Source: Chrysomallon squamiferum
Lineage: Eukaryota > Animalia > Mollusca
Reading direction: 5' to 3'
Assembly: GCA_012295275.1 (NCBI GenBank)
Contig: CM022679.1
Coordinates: 1,178,001 to 1,242,000 of the forward strand
Length of the DNA stretch: 64,000 nucleotides
Shown in pieces: positions 1-14,500 of this stretch. Position 1 is the stretch's first letter. Every line of letters starts with the position of its first letter. The notes below the pieces were generated by a model, which was not told where the DNA came from, did no database searches, and saw nothing but the letters and a program-made list of their open reading frames with translations. The position numbers and the translations under genes were made by a program.

Positions 1-60
1 CAACAGAATCCAGAAGTAAAAGAGGTTTGACAGGATGCCACAAACTTGAAATAAAATTTC

Positions 61-91
<31 letters not shown>

Positions 92-372
92 ATATTTAGA
101 AAAGAAATTTAGTCAGTCCTCACTTTGAAATTCACTCTCAGTACAAAAATAGTCACTGTCTTTAAAAAACAAAAATAATAATAATAATAGTAGTAATAAA
201 ACAATAAGAAACTGGTGTGTACACCTTATTTAGATTTTTTTAAAATCATTTGATTGCAGTTGTTATGCATGCTAAGACACACACAAACTGCTTGCCATAC
301 AATAAAGTGTGTCTATACACGGGTATAAATATCTAACAGATTATTAAGTACATGTTCTAGCAGGTGCGGTCG

Positions 373-543
373 TTACGCGAAGTTCACCGACGTGGTTTGA
401 ATGGCTATGTGACAGAAGGGGCAGTCCGGAGTCCGCGCCGCGCAAATGTCACACAACACGCGGTGGCTGCACGGCAACGTCGACACGTTGCGCTTCCGGT
501 CCTGGCAAACAAGACACTTGTTGGAGGTCTGCTGATATATTAC
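373..543 (-). CDS. unk: unk terminal exon 15, RING domain (VIYQQTSNKCLVC...CSH..CDIC...CPFC...NFA*)
   Basis: ttttattcag acceptor; C-x2-C-x11-C-x-H-x3-C-x2-C-x6-C-x2-C; TAA at 375-373. Confidence 0.93.
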   Translation of the reverse strand, partial: VIYQQTSNKCLVCQDRKRNVSTLPCSHRVLCDICAARTPDCPFCHIAIQTTSVNFA

Positions 544-2920
544 CTGAATAAAAACACGTTTAGTAAACTATTACCTGAATAAACACATTTAGTAAACTAT
601 TACCTGAATAAAAACACGTTTAGCAAACTATTACCTGAATAAAAACATGTTTAGTAAACTATTACCTGAATAAACACATTTAGTAAACTATTACCTGAAT
701 AAAAACATGTTTAGTAAACTACTACCTGAATAAAAACACATTTAGTAAACTATTACCTGAATAAAAACATGTTTAGTAAACTACTACCTGAATAAACACA
801 TTTAGTAAACTATTACCTGAATAAAAACAAGTTTAGTAAACTACTACCCGAATAAACACATTTAGTAAACTATTACCTGAATAAAAACAAGTTTAGTAAA
901 CTACTACCCGAATAAACACATTTAGTAAACTATTACCTGAATAAAAACAAGTTTATTAAACTACTACCTGAATAAAAACATGTTTAGTAAACTATTAGCT
1001 GAATAAATTTTGTTTAGTAAACTATTACCTGAATAAAAACGTGTTTAGTTTAACGTTACCTGAATAAAAACAAGTTTAGTAAATTATTACCTGAATAAAA
1101 CATGTTTAGTAAACTATTACCTGAATAAAAACATGTTTAGTAAACTATTACCTGAATAAAAAAAACATGTTTAGTAAACTACTACCTGAATAAAAAACGT
1201 TTTACACTAAAGTCTGAACTTATTTCTGTAATAGTTTATTAAACATGCTTCTATTCAGGTAATAGTTTACTAAAAACATGTTTCTATACAGGTAGTAGTT
1301 TTATTAAAGGTGTTTATGTTCAGGTAATAATTTACTAAACACGTGTTCGGGTTTAAATTTTTTTTAGTAAACCTAACCTGAATAAAAACACTTTTAGTAA
1401 ACTATTACCTGAACAGACACGTTTAGTAAATTATTACCTGAACATAAACACCTTTAGTAAAACTATTACCTGATTACAAAAACATTTAGTAAACTACTAC
1501 CTGTGTAGAAACATGTTTTTAGTAAACTATTACCTGAATAAAAACACTTTTAGTAAACTATTACCTGAACAGACATGTTTAGTAAACTATTACCTGAACA
1601 TAAACACCTTTAGTAAAACTATTACCTGATTAGAAAAACATTTAGTAAACTACTACCTGTGTAGAAACATGTTTTTAGTAAACTATTGCCTGAATAGAAG
1701 CATGTTTAATAAACTATTACAGAAATATGTTTAGTAAACTAAGTTCAGACTTTAGTGTAAAAAGTAATCACCTATATATAAAATAAAAACAAAATACACT
1801 GAATAATCTGTATTAGGTTTCTACGTATAAACAAAATTACAATATAATTAAATGATTGTTTCCTTCTAAATAATGAAAGAAGTAAAATAATGAAAACAAA
1901 ATTAAAAGATATAAATAAAACCTTGTAACACCACAAAAAAAAAAAAAAAAGTTATATAAATATGGTAGTTGGACACATGTTGTCCTAAAATTTAGAAATT
2001 ACTTACAAAAGATAATAACATTTTAATTAAATCTTAAAAATTTAAAAAAATTAGTTTTCTATTAGTTTTTTCATGGAAGATCAGTGTAAACCAGTACATA
2101 AAGGAAATTACAAACTATGCTCAGTTTTTCAATTTTATGATACAAAGCTACATTACCTCATCTATTTTGTCCAGATCATGTTTAAGTGTTTGTCGTATAT
2201 GTCGAAGAGCTTGCAAACCAAGTTTCTCTAAATCTGTAATACGCTGTAAAGTTCTCAAATAGCCGCCACCGTTCAGCAAGTCTAGTTCCTGTTTCATCCT
2301 CTGAGACTGAGTCAGAGACTGAAATTACACAAACACAACATAAATATCCACACACACACACACACACACACCAGAACAGAAAAAATGTTGACCCACTCAG
2401 ACATGCTCACAACCACATCCACAACCACACTCTAGAAAATCTGCTATACAACTGTTTAGCTAGCATGCATCCATGAGGGACATTACATGGTATTAAGCTA
2501 TGTTACCTCATCTGTTCTGTCCAGTGGAAATAACAAGAGGAAATCAGAAACGCACTCTCAGATATTATCACTATTACAAGATCCTAGTTGTACACGAACG
2601 TAAAAAAAGACAAGGACAAAAAAAAAAAATAAAAAAAAAATGAAGAAGAAGAAAAACTGAAGAATTTGTTAAATACAAATGACTGAGTGATAAAACCGTC
2701 ACACACTGTAGAAAATAAAGAAAGCCAAACCAGAAATCTGACCTCGTCCCGTTGTTTAATTGCGTGGATTCGTTCATCGTCAGCAAGTTTAGCTTTCCTG
2801 TATGACTCCTCAGCCTCCTTCTTCCACGCTTCACACGCCTGAAAGTGACACAATGTGACTAGTGACACAATCATATCACTGCTGTTGTGCTTTTAGTGAC
2901 GTAGGGGTAATAATTCAAGA

Positions 2921-2972
<52 letters not shown>

Positions 2973-5900
2973 CTGCGACAATGGTAATGCTTGTGGTATT
3001 AATAGTAACAGTAGTGGTAGTTGTAGTGGCTGTTGTTGTAGTAGAAATAGCAGTACTAGTACTAGTAGGAAGTAATAGTAGTAGTAGTAGTATCAGTAGT
3101 AGTAGTAGTAGTAGTGGTAGTAGTAGTATAAGTAGTAGTAGTTGTAGTAGCAGTAATAGTAGCAGTAGCTGCAGCTAGTAGGAGCAATAACTGAAGTAAT
3201 CGCAGTGTTTGTTTTTAGTTGTGAAGAAAACAATGAAAACAAACCTGACATAAACTGAAAATATTTTAAAATTAAAACTAAAAATCTTTTATGGACATAT
3301 GTTGTAGTAATTCTCAAAAAATCCAGTAGATGAGATAAAATGAACCATTACATGTAAATACAGACAGACACACACAAACATACATGAAGCAATAACAACT
3401 CATTTGTATTGAAATTCAGTAAAAATAACAAAAGAAAATCAGCTGGTAAAAGGACATCACAGATTTCTTGCTAACTTCTACCACTGTTAAAACAACAAAA
3501 CAACGTACTCCCTTTGCCTGTTTGTAGACGCCTTCCCACTCTGCCAGTTTTGTCTTGGTCACAATCAGGTCTTCCTTCAGTTTGAGGATCTCGCTGTTGT
3601 CACCACTGTGGCTGTTGGATAATGCTGCTGAGAACATGGGTGACTGGGGACCAATACTTCTGGGTGACATCGAGTTAGTGTCATTGATTGATGTTCCGTG
3701 GAACTTGGATGAACCTACATGTCCGACAAGAAATGGAGAAGAGGAAGAAGGATGCTGCAAGAAAAGAATGAAGCAAATAAAAACATTCTTTCAGTAATCT
3801 CACATCTAACCAGAAGTCACAGCAAAAGATATCAGAGACGAATTTGTTTCTTTCTGGGGTTTTTAAATTTGGAATTGTAAGTCTGTGATACGGTGGAATG
3901 AAGTAATGTTGGACAAAGCTGAGGATATCTAGAGCTTGATAATACAGATAGAGATATTACTACAAAAGTATACAAATTCACTTCATCACCGACATTTTAG
4001 ACAGTGACATTGATAAAGTTGTCTGTAGAAGTGTTTGTCAAGTTCAAGTAACATGCAGACTGAATGAGGTTTACATAAATAAAATTAATAAAACAAGTAA
4101 GTATTTACATGCATCCTATTTTAAAATAATAAGTAACTAATTTTAAAATAAAAAACAAATAATGGTTTACATCCTAATTTTAAAATAGCATAACAGATAA
4201 TTATTTACATCCTAATTTTAAAATAATAAAACCAATAATTGTTTAAATATAATAAAACGAATAACATTAGCTTTAAAATACAAATAGGGAGTTCAAGCAC
4301 AAAATTATATTTAGAAACACCAGATTTAAATGCGATATATTGTAAAGAGCTTGTTTTATTGATTTTCTATGAATTATTTCAATATCCGAAACACAGGCTT
4401 TTCAGACAAACAGTCAACTGTAGCCTTATGTCTTGGCAATGGCATCATATTTAAAGCATAATGAACAACTTTCCCCACACAAATATCAAGTTGAAACATA
4501 ATATACTTTTAACTGATGAAGACAGATCAGGTAACAGATTCTGAAAAAACACAGAGCCCATTTTCTAAAATGTTTATAATGCACAATCCTCTATGTGGCT
4601 GTTTCACCTTGCCACTTGTAGGTTTTCACAAACTTCATAATGGTGAAACAAATAATCCAGAGTAAGAATTCTGATAAAAAAATCATTTTATTTTGAAGAT
4701 CATTCTGTGTGCTGTATATTCAGACATTCAGCAATGTGCTTGCTGAGAGGAAACCACTGTTCAACAATCCACTCTCACCTAGAGCCTGAACTCCGACCAT
4801 CTTTGAACTTACATCAGCATGCTCAGTGTAAAGTCAGATTTTACACAATTATGACAAGAATCTGCATAAACTAAGCTTTGGACACAGAGCATCACCAAGC
4901 AGGATTTCAAGTTTTACTGTAGTATTTTTGTGATAGTTTTATCATAGAAAACAGTATTTGTTTTGCAGTGAGAAAAAAATAAGATACAATAATAACATTT
5001 TTTACTGAATGTGAAACATTTTAGGTGAGCTCAGATGAGCTAGTCTGTCACTATTCTGTCATGTTATGATGGATTTGCTGAACTCCCTAATGAAAACAAA
5101 AAAAAATCATTATTTACATGTGTCCTATGTACCTGATCCCCAGTAGAATCATGCTTCTGTACCTGCAGAGGCACAATGGAGTGGTGAGGAAAGCTCCCGA
5201 ATGGAGAAGGGGGTGACTGAGACAGACTTCCCATGCTGCCACGCTGGTGCACGCTGCTCGGAGGTATTCCTATTGGTCCCGACGTCGTACCAAAACAACC
5301 TGACGTTGACAGTCCAGTACTGATAGAACTGCCTATAGAATTAGTGTCATTGTCCCGATCTAACTCCTTTTCCAGGCTAGCAATGTCAAAATCCTCAAGG
5401 TGAAGGTCATCCAGTGCATGTCCTGGTGGAAAGAAAACAACTCATTTAAGACAGACGTGTTTTCTTTAATCCATGCTTTTTGGTTGGGAGTTTTCTTTTT
5501 GTGTTCCCATATCTGCTCACTTTAATTTGATGTTTCCCCACCAAAAAAAAAAAAAAAAAAATTATTTAAAATAATAATAGAATTGTATCTCATTTTGTGA
5601 AATATATACATATCATTAACAAAATGCATGTAAGTGCGCGCACACACACACACACACACAGCTACAGGATAAACAGACAGACAACCAACACTGACCAATG
5701 ACAGACTCCACAGTGTCGCCAGCTGGGTAGAAGGCTGGGGCGTGCGGAGACATGGTGGAGCTGGTGGCCAGGGTGAGGGGGGGAGCTATGGAGTTCTGCA
5801 AGGCACTCTGTGATGTTGGAACATTGTTTAGATTGTGGAGGAGAATCAGGTTCTGTTTCCTCTTTCCTTTCTCAACCGAATCTAGCGATGAGTCGTTTTC

Positions 5901-8084
5901 TATTGCTTGGATCTGCTGACGAAGTTTCACCTGAAAATATTCAACACTATGTTAACACAGAGAGAAGAAGATAATAATTATTAAAATATCACAAATATTT
6001 AGCAATGTGGGGAATGAAAGACAGAAAGAAGATAATCTTATTAAGACAAAAAAAATCTAATAAATAATGAACACTAGTGAAAAATACATAAATTAAATCA
6101 GCTGGTAACTGACATACAGAGACAAATTATATAAAATAAACATAAACAGTGATAAGTACAAATTCATTACTAAAGTGAGTTTAAACAAGATCTGAAATAT
6201 ATAATTTTTAGAGAAGAAAATAAAGCACAATGAATTCTAGGAAAGAAAAAAGAGGACAGTATTAAAACAAATGAATAACCCCAGTAATATTTCCAAAATA
6301 TATCAGAATAACCTACCAATTGTTTAAATATAAAAATAAAGAAAAAAAGAAGGATTTAGGCACCCTGATTTTGACAAAAAAATAAATAATAATAAATATA
6401 ATAAATAAAAGAAAATGAAAGAAAATAAATAAAAAACAAAAGTAAGTAATGAAAAATGAAAAACAAGTAAAAAAAGAATGCAATACCGAGTCTTGTATAC
6501 CAGAACACACAGGATACATTTATGCCAATACAGTTCAAACACAACCATTGACACAACAGTTCACACAACAACTGACAGTTTACAGCACTTTACATATCAC
6601 ACAACACTTCACACATAAAACAGTTCACACATAACACAGTAATTCACATATATCACAGCAGTTGAACATAACACAATAGTTCACATACAACATACTTAAT
6701 TAACCAGTTTCTGACTTTCAGCATGTTAATATTTTCCTACACAACATGCACAGAATGTTTGTGGTGCCACTGTCAGTGGAAGTCGTGTTATCCAGAGAGT
6801 CAAGATCTGTTTTGTTTTGTTAACAAATCTCAACCATGCTGTATAATGGTTTCACCAAAAGGATGACTTATGTGTGAAAGGTGGTACACTATGACAGTAA
6901 TGCCTCTTTACAACTGTTTCACTAAGTATTTTGAGGGATTCAGTTCTAATATTATGTCTACATATATCTGCAATAGACACAGAAATCTGAACACATGCCT
7001 ATACTGACATGAAATATATTAACATACATTTTTCAGTTTAAACATACATTACCATACATTTATCAGTTTAAACATACATTACCATACACTTGTCAGTTTA
7101 AACATACATTATGATACACTTGTCAGTTCAAACATACATTATCATACATTTGTCAGTTCAAACATACGTTATCATACATTTCTCAGTTTAAACATATGTT
7201 ATCATACATTTCTGTTTAAACATACATTTGTCAGTTTAAACATACATTATTATACATTTGTCAGTTCAAACATATGCTATCATACATTTCTCAGTTTAAA
7301 CAAACATTATGATACATTTGTCAGTTTAAACATACATTATCATACATTTGTCAGTTTAAACATACTGTCATAGCATCATGCCCATAACTAAAGTATGAGA
7401 TTACCATAAAAACCACTGATGAAATGATTTAATTTCAAATGACAGAACTGTCAGCACAATAAAACTGGGATGATTTATTATCCACAATGCATATTTATAT
7501 CTGTTTTAAACTGCTGATGTGCAATGACTACAATTATTCTACAGTTTCCAATAATATATTAAAAAATATACATTATATTATAACTGCATTATATATTTTT
7601 TCCTGTAATTCATGATTATAATGTTTAAAAGAAATAAATTAAAGGATTTTTGTTTGGTTTACTAGACAGAAAAAAAATGGTTTATCCTGATGCTAAGTTC
7701 AATATCGTACTTCTTAATCTTCAATACGTGTCTAAAACTGTGGTAGTTAAAGAAACCTAATACTTTAGAATGTGTGAGAGTTAAATGAAATCTGTGTCGA
7801 AGTACCTGGAAGTCCTCCCTATCAATTCCCGCGATGAGGAAATGGTTGTGAGGACTGGTGAGGTCTGAACCAAAACTACTTGACCGACTAGCTGAACGAT
7901 GTTTTCCTATTGGTTCCTGAACAAAACTGTGGTTTGTGACGCCAACATCTGCACTGACACTCTGAAAATTGTCAACACTGCAGCTACAGACATGCAGTAC
8001 ATTCACCGTGTGTTCAATACATGAAAAAACACAAGCCAAGCAGGCCATGTGCCCAGATAAATAAAGCTAAGTTTAAAACATTCG

Positions 8085-8124
<40 letters not shown>

Positions 8125-8180
8125 GAGATATGAAAGACAGAAAGGGAGAAAAAGAGATACAGACAGACAAACAAAGAGAA

Positions 8181-8251
<71 letters not shown>

Positions 8252-8290
8252 AAGACAGAAAGGGAGATACAGACAGACAAACAAAGAGAA

Positions 8291-8365
<75 letters not shown>

Positions 8366-8414
8366 TGAAAGACAGAAAGGGAGAAAAAGAGATACAGACA
8401 GACAAACAAAGAGA

Positions 8415-8468
<54 letters not shown>

Positions 8469-8502
8469 TGAAAGACAGATACAGACAGACAAACAAAGAG
8501 AA

Positions 8503-8555
<53 letters not shown>

Positions 8556-11500
8556 GAGAGAGGGGGGGAGGAAGTTGCAGAAAGACAAGAATAAAACAAA
8601 GTAAAATCTTCTCATTTTGTTACAAGTTTCTGTTACAATGTAGCAAGCACAGCTGTTGTTAACAAACACAAACAAGCTACCCAAACCAGTAAGCAATAGC
8701 AGATTTAAAATAACAGAGAACATGCTGTGTGAATGTATGTCTACTATAAATACATCATCAACCATGAAACACTGGTTATTCCATTTACTATGTCTAAAAA
8801 GTTAGATTCCACAGTGAACAGACTTTTTTTCTCTTCTTTTTTTTCTCTTTCAAATGAAAAGAATTTCACATTTAAGTTAGCCCTCACATTTATACTAGGA
8901 ACTGTAGATCATAAAGGTGGCATTTCAAAATTTCAATGTATCTAGTAGACAGTAAGTTGGATAGATGAGAAACAGAATTAAAAATATAATTTTTCAGCAT
9001 ACTTACAGAATTATTAGTTGATATACTGTTTGTTCTTTCTTTTCCTATTGGGTTAAGCAATTTTGCTACTGACTGTTGTGAAGACTGTCCATTCTGCTCC
9101 TGAAAATTAGTTGTTAATCTCTTTAACACTTATATAATTATTAAGCCTTTTAATATTATTATTTATTTTTTCAAGTTTTAAAAACATTTCGTATTAAATT
9201 TTTATATACTGTAACAAAATTTCTTATTAATATTTTCAGTAATATAAACTTCAAAAATATTAAAATGATACTTCAGATAAATAAATTATTAAACAAAACA
9301 AACAAAAAACATGAATTAGCTTTCTAAATTATGGTGTAGATTTTAAACTGTTGTAGCTAGGGTATTGAGTGTCATTTGTAAAGTTTACTCAAGAAAGAAT
9401 TTCTGACAGAGCCACAGTGTTTAGTACAGGACTAGACTCAGACTCATCTCCTTCAGAAACACAGCGAAGGGAGAGAACTCCGATTAAACCCTCTTGAAAA
9501 TAAAGGATTCTTTTTATTGATAATGCATGATTGTTTTGTTTTTTGTTTTCTCATTTTTTGTTAAAATAAATATAATGATAACCACTTTAAAAAATTTAAT
9601 AAAATAATTCCAAAATGAATGTAACAATATTCCTTTTTTTTTTAAATGTACTTTTAATTAGAAAAAATTAAAATTAAAATTAAAAAATAATAAAAAATAA
9701 AAAATATATAAATTTTTTTATAAAGAAATGAGTCTTATTATTCATTTTTATCAACATTTCAGCATACCAAAAAACTGAAATCAAATTTAGATCACAGCAC
9801 TGATGAATCCTTGAAAATATCCAGTTTTATTTTAAAAAATAATAAACTATTTAACACAAAGTGAAAACAGACCATAAAGCATCCAGCTTATGACAGGTGA
9901 CAGTGTCGAACTACAGAATACAAGATAGTCACACCTACTGTTTCAGAGAACTAACCTCTAACTTGTGGTCAACATCGTCAGACTGCAGGATGCTGTCTGA
10001 GACACTGCTGTTGACACTAGACGTTGTGTTTGGCAGAGCGCTTGTTAAAAATGCTGCTAAGGAATTTTCTGACGCCAGCGTAATGTCCCTCTGAGTTGTC
10101 ATCTCCTCTGTAACAAACAATTATAATCTTTTACTAATCTTATACTTTAATAGTTAACATAATACTTTAATTCCTCTGTAACAAACAAATATAATCTTTT
10201 ACTGATCTTATACTTTAATAGTTTGTTAACATAACACTTTAATATCTTATATTTTTAATATTTTATTAATCTTATACTTTAATGCATTAATAATATTACA
10301 CTTCAATATTTTTTACTTTTTTTTCATCACAGTTGTAAGTAAGGTTGGATACAAATTGTAAATGCCATATGTTGGGGACTAGCAGTTAATATTCATTTCT
10401 TTTTCTTTTATAATTAATATTAAGTGGGTCAGAGAGGTGGAATTAAGTGTGTTTATGTAATCCTGAGAAAAAGAAATTATTTTATCCTTTAAGTTTTATC
10501 TGAAATTTTCTATCTGTTATGTGAAGTAATAATTTATTTTAAGACAATGACTTAAATTCACAGATTACTAATGTAAGTTAAAAATAATTTTATTTTAATA
10601 TTTCAGTTGTGCATATGCACAGCATTTAATTTCAATTAATTTCATATTATATTGTGTCTAATATTCCTAAATATAATATAATATAATAAATTTTCTATTA
10701 TGTATATAAATTTATAATGTATAAAATTACATACATACATTTACTTTTAATCTTATTTATTTCATAAAAAAACTGTTTATTTTATATTTTATTAACTTAG
10801 ATACAAACTTTTATTCAGGTCACAAACAATAATGTTTTAATATTTTCTCTACAGTCTTACTGTTGTGCATGGAACATTGAATTTGTTTGAATTTCTAATA
10901 GAAACTATACTTTTCATCTTATTCTGGGTTTTGCCGTTTTGTTTTGTGAGATACATTTAGTTTCTTATCTCACTTTTCCAAAAGAATGGAAGTTTATAGA
11001 TTCAAAACTTACTGAATTAAACAAAATAATAAATAAATAAATAAAAATAAAAATTAGAAAAGAAAGGCATTGTTGACTATTCTATTCAAATTAGTGTGTT
11101 AATTACAGATTTCAAGTGCATTGCTCAGTGCTACAGAATACACTTTTTGCTATGTTAGAGTTTTTACTGTAAGACTTTTACTGGAAGATGTTTGATGTTT
11201 ACTAAATCACACAAAAAGTCTATCTTACGTTCCACATGAGCAAAAGCACAAAATGCTCCACGTGGGCAATAACCATTCTGAACCATGTCTTTACACTTTG
11301 TCGATTTGTAGATCTGAAACAGAAACACCACACAATGAAAAGAAGAAACACTCCATTTTTTTTTTAAATAACATCTCAAACACATTAAATAATAATCCTG
11401 ATTATCAAAAGGAAACCACTGATATGTGTATTCCAACAGTATGTTGTATGTTGATTTGCATTACACAGGGTACATTTCATAATGAAAATGAATACATGTT

Positions 11501-14500
11501 TTGTCAGTAGATAAAATATACTTCTTATATCAGACACACAGCAGTATGGTAAACACTGGCCTGTCACAAGAATGTTACTACATTTACTGTGAAAAATAAA
11601 TATTTCTGTGACTAGCTGTTAATGTTATATTAGTAATACAACAAGCTGCAGTAGTAGCTGTTATTACAATAGTAGAGACCTCTGGTAGTGGTGGTGGTGG
11701 TAGAAGAGATAGCAGTTGTAGCAGTAGTAGTTGCAGTACTAGTAATATAGCAGTAGCAATAACAGTGGTAGCAACAGAGTAGTGGTACTTTGAGTATTTT
11801 GTATACTTATTATGTTGGCAATATGGGCTTACAGAACTTTTATGTTACTCAAACACTGCATTATCTCTTATCCCAGCCTGAATGGTACATCAACACTAAA
11901 GTACGTGTCAACACAGATGAGGGATTCTGCTAATAAATCTTTAAAAGTGAGAACTGGAAAATACAGAAGTTTTCCTCAGATTATTAAAAAAAATAAAAAA
12001 TATATTTTCACTTGCATAAATAACAGTTAATGTGAAACAAGAAGCAACTGTTCACTGTGAAGTTTATAATAAACACAGAAGAGCAGGTTTGTATATGAAG
12101 AAAGTCTGTGACTAACAGTGTAGTAAGTAATGATACCTCTGGATGAAACTGCTGTTCAGTGCGGTTGTGGCAGTACGCACAGCTGTCCCCACTCTCACAC
12201 TGGGCGGGGTCACCCCACTCATCTCCGTGTTTAACATTCGGACATGGTGTAGATCTGGTAAAAATTAAAGAAAAAAAAAAAATATATATATATACACATA
12301 GATAGGTATTTTTTCATTATCTCATTATTCTGTATTTTGCTCAATAAATTAAAAAAAAAAAAAAAAAAATTCTGGTCATTTTTGGACTGATTTAATTTCA
12401 TCAGTTATGTCATAATTCTGATTTAAATATAAAATTTTGTTTCATGTTGACAAACTGTTAATTTAGTCCATAAACAGTGGAATCTAACAGAAATTTAAAA
12501 AATAAATAAAGAAAAGCTTATTTAAAAAAAAAAAATAAATAATAAATAAAAATCATTAATTTCTGCATTAATTACAAATAACACAGAACCTATCACTTGA
12601 CAGTTATTATTCAGAACATGTATACAGTAACAAGTACACGACATATTTAATTTAGAAATGCTATTTTCTGTTAATAACAGACACAAATGATATAAACATT
12701 TTTGGCATATTCCACTGAATTTTTTATTATTCATTTGTGGCATTTTGTTTGTTGTTTTTTTGTTCTTTTTGTGTTATTGTTTTGGGGATTTTTTGTTGTT
12801 GTTTTTTTAATTTGTTTATTAAAGATGCAATGTGAATATCTAAAATTTCTTTAAACATATCAGAGTGTTTATTTAAAACACCTAACAGTATCAGGTGGTG
12901 CTGTATCTGGGCTAAGTTACAAATGTCTGTGACACAAAAGTGTCTAATGTCAAGTACACAGTGCATACAAATTACATTTCTTTAACTTCAGTGTGTATCA
13001 CTATCATCGTACCAAACAATCCAACTGTTTTTGTTTCTTGGTGTTTTTTTTTTTAATTTCCATCTGATTTTTTTATTCTATGTCAATGTTTTCAATTATA
13101 GCTAAATGTATTTTGTGACTGTTTTCTTACAAAAACAAAACACTATTTACCTGTATATTTAATTGGCAGGTTCATATATTAATGACTAAAAAAACATTTA
13201 CAGTTTTAAAAGAAAAGATTCTTTACCTGTATTTGATTGTTTTAATAGGTACATACAGATTTAAACTATAACTGTTTACCTGTATTTGATTGTTTTAATA
13301 CAGGTACATACAGATTTAAAACTGTTTACCTGTATTTGATTGTTTTAATAGGTACATACGGATTTAAACTATAACTGTTTACCTGTATTTGGTTGTTTTA
13401 ATAGGTACATACAGATTTAAACTACAACTGTTTACCTGTATTTGATTGTTTTAATAGGTACATACGGATTTAAACTATAACTGTTTACCTGTATTTGATT
13501 GTTTTAATAGGTACATACAGATTTAAACTATAACTGTTTACCTGTATTTGATTGTTTTAATAGGTACATACAGATTTAAACTACAACTGTTTACCTGTAT
13601 TTGATTGTTTTAAAACAGGTACATACAGATTTAAACTACAACTGTTTACCTGTATTTGATTGTTTTAAAACAGGTACATACAACAGATTTAAACTACAAC
13701 TGTTTACCTGTATTTGATTGTTTTAATAGGTACATACAGATTTAAACTACAACTGTTTACCTGTATTTGATTGTTTTAGGACTTCTTCGTCTATCTTTAG
13801 AATTATGGTACTGCGGGCAGGCGTAACCCTGGCGACAGAGTCTGGGAGGTCGTTTGCATTGCTCTGTTTTGTAATTAGCTAGAACGTAATTTGTATCTGC
13901 AACAGAAGATGTGAGAAATATTGTCATTTTAAGAGATTTTATAAACCCTAACACACACACACACACACACATACACTAATACACCCATATAAACAACCTT
14001 TAATTTAAATTTTGATGACATGTCAAATTTGCGGCATGTTTGAAATTCAGGACAGTAATGTGAATGCTAGAATTACATTATCTTATTACTCCAACATTTG
14101 TACAAGCACCAACAAAAATAACACAGTTATAAACATACATTTGAAAAACTAAAGAAATATTTAAAATTCAATTTAATATAGATATGTTTCCATAAAATAT
14201 ATGTCTTATTGTTGTTTCTATAATAAATGAATTTATAAATAAATAAATAAATAAATAAATAAGAATACTTAAGGTTATAATAAGTAAATAAAATAATAAA
14301 TAAGTAAATAATGTCAATCTTAGTTCTTTAAAACAAAATGTACATCAAGAAACAAATAAAATTCAAAACATTTTTTTTTTCTCTTTCGTGAACTGATGTA
14401 TAGTTCACATGCACTATTATATAACAGCAATCAAATAAAAGAAGAAACAACTGTTCTGATTGGCTGAACAGTGACCTAGGTGTTCATATACAGTGGCACA

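Noticed and set aside
364-582. Plus-strand 72-aa ORF (also 3555-3797, 9897-10094, 11253-11510)
   Set aside because: Antisense shadows of unk exons.
8003-8765. Poly-SL / poly-ER ORFs
   Set aside because: (GA)n microsatellite inside an unk intron.
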